A stretch of DNA of 59,644 nt, from positions 224,206-283,849 of the forward strand of contig BFEA01000032.1 in assembly GCA_003427395.1 (NCBI GenBank), given 5' to 3'. How positions within the stretch are numbered: position 1 is the stretch's first letter; every line of letters begins with the position of its first letter. Both the position numbers and the translations under genes were made by a program. Under the pieces are notes generated by a model. The model worked only from the letters and a program-made list of their open reading frames with translations. It was not told where the DNA came from and searched no databases. Origin of the DNA: Chara braunii (Eukaryota; Plantae; Charophyceae). Positions 48,615 through 59,644 of the stretch are shown piece after piece.

Positions 48615-49972
48615 CGGTAGTATGTTTGTCGTCTACTCTACACCCCGAGGCTTGGGCAAGTGTTGGCCGTAGCCTCGCAAAAGGGGTTACAAAAAAAAAA
48701 AAAAAAAAAAAATTCTTGTAGACAGGACCAACTGGATGGATAGTATCCATATCGCCCCGATGATAACAGTATCATGCATCGCATTGAGGGGTAAACAAGT
48801 GAAAGTGACTTGGTGTTAAGAGTTAACGAGACCAGAAACCTTTAGGAAGCTCTTAACGGTCAAGGCAAAATGCGTATTCCATTTTTTGCGGGGGGACAGA
48901 CAGGGTTGTTATTGCCAAGGAGGACAAGGCAACCAACAAAATTTGAAGGGGGATCCTCATCTTTAATGGGGTATCAAGTATTTCGGTTGTTCACGTCGAT
49001 CTTTAACATGTAGAGTGGTAGCCAGAGTACTTGCAGATGTCATTCACATCAAAGTTACAGTGAAAGCGAAGTCATCACTAGAGCGATAACATCTTAGCCC
49101 TGCTTGGAAGTTGGGATGTCAGCATTTGTTTGCTAGTAGTCAGTGTGGTATGGGCTGAAAGAACTTGGCAACGCGTCTCACCGAGTTAAGGGTTATGTCA
49201 GCCTAGCCATATGGCAGACGAAATGGAGATGATTTGATCAGACGCTATTCAAGCGTCGCTTTGCATGTTAGTCATGCTTTTATCATTTTGTTGATAAGTG
49301 TTATTTAAAGTTAAGTCAACTCATGTTGGCTCGTCGTTGGATGAAAGGTCAAGTCAACCTTTATCGATTTCATCTGAACGAGTGGTATGCATGACTGTAT
49401 TATGTATGAGTTGATTTCAGAAGATAAGTCAACTTACATTGACCGGAGTCTTCTTTATTTGAAATTGTTTTGTCTGAGTAACTCCTGATTGTCTTCGAAA
49501 GAAGGGACTAGGATTGATTGAGATTTCCTTATGCTTAAGTTATTACGTCCCGGTCGACAGAGGTCGATCCGATTCCTGGCAGATCGGCGCCCCAAGGACG
49601 AACGACGCTCGGGTCCACTTTGGCGTTCAACCTCGCGTACCTATACTACAGCGAACGAGCAAACGCCCTCGGTCGGCCTACCTCTGCAATTGCATCATAA
49701 AATCCTTCACACGTGGGCCGATAGCTCGGCGGGGATACGCCCCTGAGGGTGATGACAACCCTTTAGGGAAGGTAAGTTGTGCCCTGTGAGAACCTATCAT
49801 GTCGAAGGAGACCGCGGGATGTACATCTGGCGCACTCGGCCGGAGCGGCGAAGGGTTGGCACGGGTTACCGTGTCGTCCCCAAATTGTGTCTAAAAAGTT
49901 GAAAGCCTAAGTTTCTTTTGTGTGACGCAGACGGGAGGACCCTCGCTTGCGCAGGGACCGATGCGCTTGACA

Positions 49973-50118
49973 GCGTGACCCTGTTCTGTCGTAGGGGCTC
50001 GTGAGAGGTACAACTGATGCACTCACCCAGAACGGCAAAACGCTCTTCGCGACAATGTTTGCAAAATCCTGTGTGACGTGGTCGGGAGGGTTCGCCTGCG
50101 GGACTCATGCGCTCGACA
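49973..50118 (+). mobile_element. Displaced 3' tail of B1
   Basis: Continues the B1 terminal hairpin and ends gcgctcgaca. Confidence 0.75.
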
Positions 50119-50480
50119 GCAGATGACAGGAATCGAACCCATATCCCTTGCTGTGGAGTTGACGGATGTCCAAGAAACAAATAAATGAGAAGGCAAGACC
50201 TTCTTTTGGAATAATATAATTTTTACGTCAGCAAATTATTTTGTCATGACCATGGAACATAGATTGCTACTATAAAATAATATGCGAAGTGGATGTAATG
50301 CATCCTTCAGTTCCGATGAGCTTTAGACACAAAGCGCATGCTCTTCGAGCCTTGGTATATTCGAGGATAGTTGTTTCTTCTCATACAATGTTTTCCAAAT
50401 GTTAAAAAAAAAAAATTATACAAATATAAAATTTCGAGCTTTAATCGGTATTTATGGGGTGCGTAAAGTGAGATGTTTGG

Positions 50481-51070
50481 GTTTACTGAGTGTTTTGATG
50501 ACAGTTTTATTGTTGATCAATGATCCTTTAACCAGTGTTAATCGGTTTTATAGTAATCTAATTATATATAATTTTACTAATTTTTATAAAATTTTTATAT
50601 TGATTGGTACTACTGGCACCATTTTGACTAATCTTAAGCCCATACAATAAATTCAAAAAGTTCAATATTTATCATATATAGGGGTCGAAAGTTGTGTTTT
50701 TCTGCCTTCCGAACCACATGTGATAGTTTTCCATCATACGATTCTCCGCCACGAATTATCGTTCAGTAATGTTCTCGATAAACTAGTAGGTTTGTATAGG
50801 GTCACTCTGATCTCAACACATTGAAACTGTTGACCAACTCTCTTCACCGTGCTTCTTTTGAACTTATTGAGATATTTAAGCACTACAGTGGGATAGTTGT
50901 GTTTACTGAGTGTTTTGATGACAATTGCATTGCTGATCAATACTCTTTTTAACCACTGCTAACCGTTTTTTGTAATAATCTAATCATATATAATTTGAAC
51001 TATTTTTGTAAATATTTATATTGTTTGGTATTGCTAACACCATTTTGACCCATCTTGGGCCCACACAATT
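50481..51070. repeat. ~170-bp direct repeat pair (50481-50650 and 50900-51070)
   Basis: gtttactgagtgttttgatgaca...caccattttgac in both. Confidence 0.75.
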
Positions 51071-53059
51071 AAAAAAAAAAATCGTTTTTGAATGAAAACT
51101 CTATACAAATTGTTATTTTTAAAATGCATAGTCCTGTTTATTTATCATAAAGCGAATTTGAGAGTCGAATCGACGGTCTGACTGACTGGGAGGATAATGA
51201 AAGTGAATCTCAAATGCACCACTGCAGGTGTTGCTGACCTTTTTAGTCCACTTGCCACTTGTGGTGGAACTATATAGTATCAAAACGCATATGGAAATGG
51301 TGGCGGCAACATTAGGTCGTCATCGGTGGTCAAGAAATTCAATGGGATGGAAGATGGGGGTGTATGCACTTCTTACCTTTCAGATTCACTACCGAGAGCG
51401 GTTGGGGGTAAAGGGCTCATTTATTGTGCGAGGTCACCTAGAAGGATCACAAGCGGTCAAGATTCCAGAAAAGTCCTCACTCTGATATCAAGATCACAAA
51501 AACGATTAAGCAATGACTGAAAGATGCAATTCGAGTCGGGTGGAGAAGAAGGGTCAGATCAGGAAAAGGCGGTAGAAAGCAACTATTTTGATTTTTTTTT
51601 ACTTTAGCCCAACGAAACAAACTCGCTGTACATCAAACAAATGGATTGGTCATGTTGCCTTCGATCATCGATAGTTAATGTGTTCATAGCATACGACTAG
51701 ATTAGGTATAGGACCGAACCAGGGCACTCGGTTCGACTCTCTTTGAAAGTGGTCGCAATAGACCAAGTAATGGGATAGAGGGTGGTAAGTGTCGCTGAGA
51801 GTCCCAGGAGCATGGAGATAAGTGCTCCCACCGCTCGTATCAAGCTGGTGCTTAGACCGCTTCCTGGCCTGTGAAATAGTCGTAGTAACAACTGAGAGTA
51901 GGATAGTAATCAACGGAGGGGTTTCAACATTAATAGGTTGACAGTTGAATAGTTTCACATTTCCGTTGATAGTTAACAAATGGACAATACTATTGTGTTG
52001 AAAAATTCAAAAAGATAGCTCCGAAAGAAAGTCAATATAAATTACAGTTTAAATCACTAGTATTTCTTAGCGTTGTGCCCGTTAACAAGTGACAATTTTA
52101 GGAAATGTGCGCGCCACTACAGGAGCGCCCAAATTCATCCGATTAGAAATGTTTCTACTTTTTTTTTTCCACGACCGATAGATGAGTCAAGTATTCGCAG
52201 TCAAAACTAAGCTTCAATGACCGCTCATTTCCTTTTTATTTGGAAAGTCGGTAGTGGGGACTATTTGCAGGCCCAACCTGTAAGCTAAGATGATTGATGT
52301 TGTACGATACCCCCGGTTGAATTGTGAGGTCTCGGGCTTCAGTTCTGATTGATTAGTGAAAATTCTCATTTGGTTAAAAAAAATAAAAAAATGGATCCGC
52401 CGCGGCTTTGCACGCGGTGTATAGAGAGGGGGGCGGGATAATCAGCGGACAGCATACATTGCAGTGGGAAAAGTTCGAAAAGAAGGAAAGTCGAGGATAA
52501 TAGTTTTGGATGGAAGGTGTAGCATGCAAAAATGCACAAGCGAAAAGAAAGAGAAAGGAAGGGAAGAGTTTAGCAATTGATATCCCACAAATAAAGTTGA
52601 AGATCGATTTTGTTGACAACCGAAAAGTTCGAATTTGTAGAAGTTGCTTCTACACAGGTGTACGTAGAAGAAGTTGGTACAAACATACCCTCCATGTAAA
52701 GCATCTGGGCTAAAAGTTGGCCTAAATATGAACAGTGGTTGGTCAACAACCACTTCGTTCGAACCTATGATAGAGAGTGCCCATTTTTTTATAATAAAGA
52801 AAAACAACTTTAAGACCCCTTCTCCTTTGCATTCTGGAGAACATCGGTCCGATTCCTAAAAAAAAAAAAAAACAACGATTCTTATTCGATGGGCAAGTCA
52901 GAAAAAATTACGAATATATATAGAGTCAGTTTCCAAGTCCATCAGTCAGTTTCCAAGTCCATCAGACAGATAAGTCCATATAACTGATTTGGTATATTCA
53001 CTCAAAAAAAAAAAACTCACAGTCATTGGTGGAATAATGGCTGCAAAAAGGGAAAAAAA

Positions 53060-54576
53060 AGACACTGTCTGTCCACGATCTCTTCATCTTCCCGTCTCTT
53101 ACACCTATCGCTCATAAATTAAGAAAATATCATTGAAAAAAAAAATCCCTCCCCCCTATCCGCGATCTCCTCATCTTCCAGCTTCCTTCATCTGTCTTTG
53201 ATTCATTCTCCATCCCTCGTTCTGTCCTCCTCCTTTCATATTCTTGTTCATCCTTCCCCTGTAAAAAAAAAAAAACCCTTGCCTGTCGACGACACCTTAT
53301 CTTCTCACCTCCTCTATCTGTCATTCAGAAATCGATAAATGTCACCCCCGCCCCCCCTCACCCCCTCTGTTCGCGATTTCCTCATCTTTTCGCTTCCTTC
53401 ATTTGTCTTTCATTCATTCTCAATCAGTCGCCCATCTCTCCTCTATGTCGCCTTCATCTCTCGTCTCAGGCGTGAAAGAAGGTGAACTACATTCTTTTCA
53501 GATTGCAAGACGATTGAGGGCATACTTACACTAGGACTTTCTCGACTGTATTGTGGACCTGATTGTGGTCAGATGCATCAGGCTCCGACCGTAATCCCAG
53601 TCAGATACACAAAGGAAAGTGTTAGTGTGAGTACGCCCTGAGAATATACGAGCTCTGAATCAAGATGCAAAATTGAAACCTTGTAGACAAAACTAAGCAA
53701 AGGTGACGTACGAAAGATATAGATAAATCGAGAAAACGTCGCAAAAAAAAAAAACAAAAAAACGTTTGTCCGCCATCTCCTCATCTTCCTGCTTCCTTCA
53801 TCTGTCCTTGTGCGAGATCTCTTCATCTTCCCACCTCCTCCTTCATCCATTCTTCATCATTGGACCATCTCTCTTCCATGCCGCCTTCATCTTTCATCCT
53901 ATCCCCCTTCTTTCCTCTCTTACCCTTTCCCCTCTATCTCTCAACCTCCCCCCACATCTCTTTTCCATATTCCATGCTCCCTGGAATAGTCTCTTGCATA
54001 TCTGCTCCGTCTCTTCTCCACCTGTTCTCCATTTCTTTTTCTTTTCTCCTCCCTCTTTCTCCTCCATTTATCCTCCATATCTCTTCCATCTATCCCCCAT
54101 TCTCCTCCTCCTCTCTCCTCCATTTGTCCTCCATATCTACTCCATCTCTCTTGCTTCTTTTCACGATAATGATCATCAATCGTTTTATCCCCTTTCGACC
54201 GCCCCCCCTCTTCCATCTCTCTTTCATATTTCCTCCTTTCAATCCATCGATGTCCTTCTCATGCCTTCATCATCATCTCTTCTCCACACTTTTACCTTTC
54301 TCTTTCATAAATCCATCTCTCCTCCATACCTCTTGTATCTCTGGTCAAATAGCTGAAAGCCCCAAAAAGGGAAAAAATCTATTCTGAAATAGTTGAAAGC
54401 GCCCCCCCCCAAACAAACAAACAAACACACAAAAATCGTAATCTCATTTTGTTATTTCAAACCTCCGCTAGGAAACACAACACACGGATAGCAAACGGAA
54501 CAGCCCGTCCGATCTCTTCGAGTTGCCACTGATGCTGCTCTCCCTTGCCTCTCTCTTTCTTTCTCTCTCTCCCTCC

Positions 54577-54636
<60 letters not shown>
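53060..54636. repeat. Pyrimidine-rich low-complexity tract ending in (CT)n
   Basis: Recurrent ctcctcatcttcc..cttccttcatctgtc units; (CT)n at 54588-54636. Confidence 0.8.
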
Positions 54637-54640
<4 letters not shown>

Positions 54641-55369
54641 CCCACCGTCGATCTCTAGAACGTTGCTCTCCACCAGCGTTGTTCACTGTCCCGTACATCG
54701 GCGCATATGACAATGTGTGAAGTTTGCATGCAAATCGCGTTTACGATAGAGAACCCTGCAGATGGTCCGCGGCAGCCTGAGTACGTAGCGGGTCTGACAC
54801 ACTTCCACGAACCTCCCAGCGATGAATCTTCCGCGAGAACTTCGACATACACAGGGAAGGCGGAGAAAAGGAGGAAAAAAAAAAACCTTGAATGGACACA
54901 CAGACTGTAGTCGGTCACATCGAGAAACCTCGTCGTCTCCTGACTTGTCAATGGGCCCGACCCTGGTTCCTAGCGGGAGATTCACTCTCATTTTGCACAT
55001 TTGGTAAGTTCTGGAGCTGGCGTACGCTGGCAACAAAGTAATTTCATATCTTCGGCCTTCCGAGCACGACCGACCGTGCCACTATGTACCTGTATTCGAA
55101 CATGCAATGCTCCAATGATGCAACTCTTATTTTCGTTGAGCTCGCCTCTTGTCCCGACTATTTCCCAACACTGGAATGCGGGTTTCGTGAGAAAAAAAAT
55201 ATATTGTATTACCTGTTGTGAAGTGTCCTATAGTATTGATTCAATTTTTTCAGTTTTGCATGGATCCAGGTGAAGCTGCGAACTTTAATGCGAAAGAAAC
55301 TCTTTACGCCTGAGTCTAGACTATTATACTCTGCTTTGTTTCTGGGACTAGCTCGTCCCAGAGGACAAA

Positions 55370-57083
55370 TGGCCTCATTAGACTCTCCTTGGAAATCCGA
55401 TTTTTAGGAAATCGGCGTCGTTACACCACGTCCTAATTCACCAAATTCCTTGAATGAATGTAAAATCACTTCCGAGATGGATTCCTCAGAATCCCAACCA
55501 AAATGTCATTGGATTCAAGGGGTCCTTGCGAGGTCCCTTGGGTTCAAGGAGCCGCGATTGACAAAGTGTTCTGGAGCGAGGGGCGCCAAAAAATTTGAAG
55601 CCGATGTTGGTGCACAGGTTGTCCGCCGTCCATTGGGCGGACATCGTCGACCTCCAGTACCCGACGGGCCCCCAACGGCCTTCTACCGTTACTGTTGGCG
55701 TGGAAATGTGTGGGGTTGGTTCTTCAACTGCAAGGTGCTACACGAAGCAGGTTTTTCCATGCGGGCGTCGCCGACTGTGGTGTCCGACGATTATTTTTTT
55801 TTATTTTTCTACAAGCGGTGTTGAAGCACTATTGGTCGATTGCAGTCATCTGCCTAGCGTGCTTTGTCGGCTATTGCGGGGCGCATTGATACAAACTTTG
55901 TTTGGTACACGCCTCGCATGACGTGATTCATGATAAACGTCCTCCGACGATTCTTGCTCCTGCGGATGATCACTCTTCTCCTGCTCCTTGTCGTGTTGTT
56001 CCAAGAGTGCGTCATTGTGCGGGGTCCTAGCAACAAACAAAAACAACGAATGGCGATTAAGACGACAATGGGCCGGCGGAAAACCTCCAGCAGACAGCTG
56101 GCGTGCGCCATTGACGACTCCACTCCGTAGCTTCTCCTTGTAGTAGCCCTCCACCGCGTCGTCGACCTGTCGGAGATCCTCCGAGTCCCATGTCTCTCCA
56201 ATCCTTCTCCTCATCCACCATCTCGGCGTCGCCCGCGGGATCAGATGTCATGGCGCAACAGAATTGCACAATGGATTTCGATAACGACACACAATCAGGT
56301 GCATCAATCACTTGTTGCATCAGCTGCCTCTGCCTGCGAACGAACAATCTCATCCTCAGGTGAGTTGACATTCTCTCAATGCGATAACGCATGGTGACGA
56401 CTGATACAACTGCGACCACCGTGTTTCTCTCCAATGCCGTTAATGCCTTCACACCATCCGGGAGCTATCGTTCCATCATCAGGACTTGCAATGCGCAAGC
56501 ACCCACCACTCGTTTGCCCGCCAGCGCCCTCGCTGCACCTTCGACACGTCGATGGGGACCGCACTCACACTCTCCATGTTTCACAGAAGCGTTACGTTTG
56601 CGCTAAGCTGTGACGGCCCGAAGAGCATGCGGAACACGAAGGAGGCGTCGCAGTAGAGAACGGTTACGCATACACACTACATCACCCAACGTTCCAGTGC
56701 CCTCCTTTTAAGCCATGGCCGCCATCACTCCTCCGCACAGATGTTTTGCCCCAGTCTCCAGCCCAGCCGCTAGGACGCCTCACGTACGGATGTGTCACAA
56801 CGGAGGGTTTGGAATTTGAAATTGGAACGGGGATGTTGGCGCCCTTTTTTTCCGTCAGCCCGGTAGGCCTCCCCGCCGCCGCCGCTGGACCACGCCCGAG
56901 GGCGCACGGACACCCCAGCACGATGACGGACATCCACCCCCGTGGCAGCGTGTATGCGGATGAAGAAATTGGCCGCTGGAGACCTCCAAGGGTTTTCCTT
57001 GGGACCCATTGAATTAGGACGCGGTGTAACCACGGCTTCATCCTAATTCCTGAGGATTTTCCAAGGAGGGTCTAACGAGGCCC
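55370..57083 (-). mobile_element. Internally deleted PIF/Harbinger DNA transposon
   Basis: TIRs (t)ggcctcattagactctccttggaaa / tttccaaggagggtctaacgaggccc, 3-bp flank aaa/aaa. Minus-strand remnant MRRRIGETW..EDLRQVDDAVEGYYKEKLR resembles a Harbinger transposase N-terminus. Confidence 0.75.
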
Positions 57084-58693
57084 AAAGTCCCGCTCCTATC
57101 AGCACTCTCCTACCGGTAGTGGCACACTGCGGCCCTATTTAACCGAGTGCCCTGGTTGGTTCGACCGCACTTGTTGTAAATGATTCTATTCCGTGCTGCC
57201 AAGTTCGGCGGGCCGAGTGCGCTGGCTCCCGTATCTCGCTTTGACATTTTGTGACTGGCGCGGCGAGGTCCCAGACGTTTTCTATGTTTTCATTTCGTTA
57301 AGTGGGATGACGCGGCCGGGTCCAACTAAGGGGGCCAGTACAAGAATCGAACCCGTGTCTTCATTGCTGTCCCAACTGGTACGCACATTGGCTTTTCAGA
57401 CGGGCTTTGGTTTTCTCCGCGCAGCACCGTCGGGATTTCCCGTTCTGCTCGGCGCTACCCTGAGAGGAAGTGGTGTGTGTGTGTGGTGTGTTTGTGTGTG
57501 TGTGTGGTGTGTTTGTGTGTGTGTGTCCGCGTGTTTGTGTAAGTGCGCGTGTGCCCGCGGTGTTGTGCCTGAAGACGTGGAGAGAGTTCGATTCACATTT
57601 GGCCCGAAATGGAGATAGGTGAGTTCGCACGGCGTGGCGAAGTGGACCCTCCGTCCCTCCCTCCCTCCGCCTGTCGGCGGCGTTGTGCGTGAAGCGGTGG
57701 AGAGTCCCGTTCACACTCGGGCCGAAAATAAAATAGGTGTGTTCACCCGACGTGGGGAAGTGCACCCTCCCCCTCCCTCTCTCTCTCCACCTACATCACC
57801 CCTGCCCTCCTCCCTCTGTCGATTTGTTTATTCGTTTAGGGCTGCAACTGCGTTTTTTGTGGGGGGAGGGGGTGCTATGTTGCCAGTGGGACAGGATGTG
57901 TGCGCGGCTGCTATCGGAAGTAGGCGGAGAGGGATGAGGAGAAGGAACGCTGAGGGAGGGAGGTCATGCGTCCGGTCAGGCAGGCAGGAATAGTTCGCCA
58001 TCGAAATCTTGAGGAGTTGGGGGTAGCAGGAGAAGGACGAAGGGGGAGGGCGAGGATGCGGGATCAGGAGGATGAGAGAGTGAGGACTTTGTCGGTCAGG
58101 ATGGGATGCGGAGGAGAGGGTCGGGATTTGCTTGGTCAGGATGGATTAGGGTGAAGCATGCAAGCTAAGTTTGCCGTCGTTAAGGAGGTTGTGGAGGGGG
58201 AAGACGTCGAGGAGAGTTCTGAAGTAAATGAGGGGAGCATATTTGAGACCAAATGTGCGAAGAAGGGTATGGGCATCGCGGACTGGGAGGGGGGCGATCA
58301 GGATGTGGGGTCGATCGAGAGGAGGAGAGGGCCATAATGCCAGCCAGTCAGCGTGAGGATATAGGGACGCGATGAAGGGCAGGGGAAGGAACGCCAAGGC
58401 AACAGGGTGAGGAATGCGGATCGTGTAGGGGAATCTGGACAAGGTGGGGAAGAAGAGATTGCACGGGGGGAGGAGGGGCTCATCGCGGAGGGAGGGGAAC
58501 AGGTTGTAAGGAAAGGAGAGAGCAGGACAATGACGAAGGGCCTGAATCACGAGAGGGATAGGGTAAATGTGGATATGTAGGTGACGGAGAGAGAGCAATG
58601 AAGAGAGCAATGAAGAGAGAAACCAGGTGATGGGGAGATGAAATGAAGAGTGGAAGAGCGACAGACAGAGGAAGAGAGAAAATGACATATTCC

Positions 58694-58696
<3 letters not shown>

Positions 58697-58776
<80 letters not shown>
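58697..58776. repeat. (GA)n microsatellite
   Basis: Direct reading. Confidence 0.95.
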
Positions 58777-58778
<2 letters not shown>

Positions 58779-59596
58779 AACAGAACGGGAAAGTGAGGGA
58801 GGAAGAGTTGGCGAGAGGGACCATCCCAGTGGGATAGTACTCTCCGGGCCACTACCTTCTCTGGAGGCGCGCCCATCCTCACTCCCAAGTTCCGCCCTAG
58901 ATGATTCTAAATGTTATAAGAAAAAAGGGGAAAAAAAAAAGATGCTGACGAAATATTGACTGTGTGATATTACTTATTACATTCTTTGAGCGCTTCTTCT
59001 CCATGATGTGCGCCTTTGTTTCTTTTTTTATGACCTGAATCTCCGTTCTACGTGTGAGCTGTCGTTGTTGACGCTAATGGAAAATGCTGTTGGCGGACCG
59101 GTTGCATCTCCCTCTTTCATACTTCGTGCGTGCTGTCGTTGTTGACGCCAATAGAAAATGCTCGTCAGCTCTGCGTCGGAATCAAATGCAGAATTGATTA
59201 TCGCATCCGAATGATTTTAGTCGGAGTCAGGATGTGCGTCAATTCCGCGACCAATCCTCTCAGTCGAGCCTGCTTCCACTCATCAAGATGGTGGAATGGA
59301 TTGATTGCAAGCGGTGAACGGATTCATTAAAATGAGTGAACGGCGACCGGTCATCGGTTTTATCGTTTCATTTTTCCGCTTCTGTTTCTGCATTGCGCAC
59401 GGCCATCATCGACATGCTGCACACATCATCGTAATTTTATCCTATTTCATCATCTTACTCGGAACAGGTCCACAAAATTGAAGTTGAAAATATCGCTCCA
59501 TTCCTTTCCTCTTTTTCTCGCTCACTGCGGCCCTCTGTCTTGAATGTGCAGAGAGAGAGCTACAAACCGAAAACTCTGAACACTCTGCACAGAGAA

Positions 59597-59599
<3 letters not shown>

Positions 59600-59644
<45 letters not shown>
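59600..59644. repeat. (GA)n microsatellite
   Basis: Direct reading. Confidence 0.95.

Larger units (their letters stand above)
22506..49972 (+). mobile_element. Element C (~5.6 kb net of nested insertions), inserted into B1
   Basis: Starts tgtcggagc.. after ccgt and ends gcgcttgaca before gcgt (4-bp TSD, 1 mismatch). Own sequence: 22506-22899, 30326-30540, 34158-35127 (inverted), 45955-49972. Confidence 0.72.

Noticed and set aside
53766-54720. Long ORFs (196 aa, 175 aa, poly-RE/LS)
   Set aside because: Products of CT-rich low complexity and microsatellites.
57960-58688. Possible LINE or host coding remnant (180-aa minus-strand ORF)
   Set aside because: No recognisable domain, and the purine-skewed composition explains the open frame.

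Overview
Eukaryotic, gene-free, transposon-dense window. The plant-type U6 sequence and the Harbinger/chromovirus fragments suggest a streptophyte alga such as Chara (inference). No intact host gene is visible. Left part (3.5-17.3 kb): decayed minus-strand Helitron-type Rep/PIF1 helicase, two inverted hAT MITEs with 8-bp TSDs, and a decayed Ty3/gypsy chromovirus pol with LTR pieces. The centre (about 18.4-50.1 kb) resolves into a nested stack of five related, essentially non-coding mobile elements (complete copies about 5.6-8 kb; the outermost is 5'-truncated) with TGTC...GACA termini and 4-bp TSDs (ACGT, GTGC, GCGG, [C/G]CGT). They are inserted into one another, and a ~4.6 kb inversion scrambles one copy. 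These elements carry (i) arrays of 8-11 bulged hexaloop hairpins with compensatory stem changes, (ii) captured U6 snRNA and 25S rRNA fragments, (iii) a covarying structured 3'-terminal module that is itself hit twice by insertions, and (iv) a type III hammerhead ribozyme (34595-34649). This combination, resembling giant solo LTRs or retrozyme-like elements, is the main candidate for an undescribed system. The right end holds a deleted PIF/Harbinger element and microsatellites. All alignments were done by eye.
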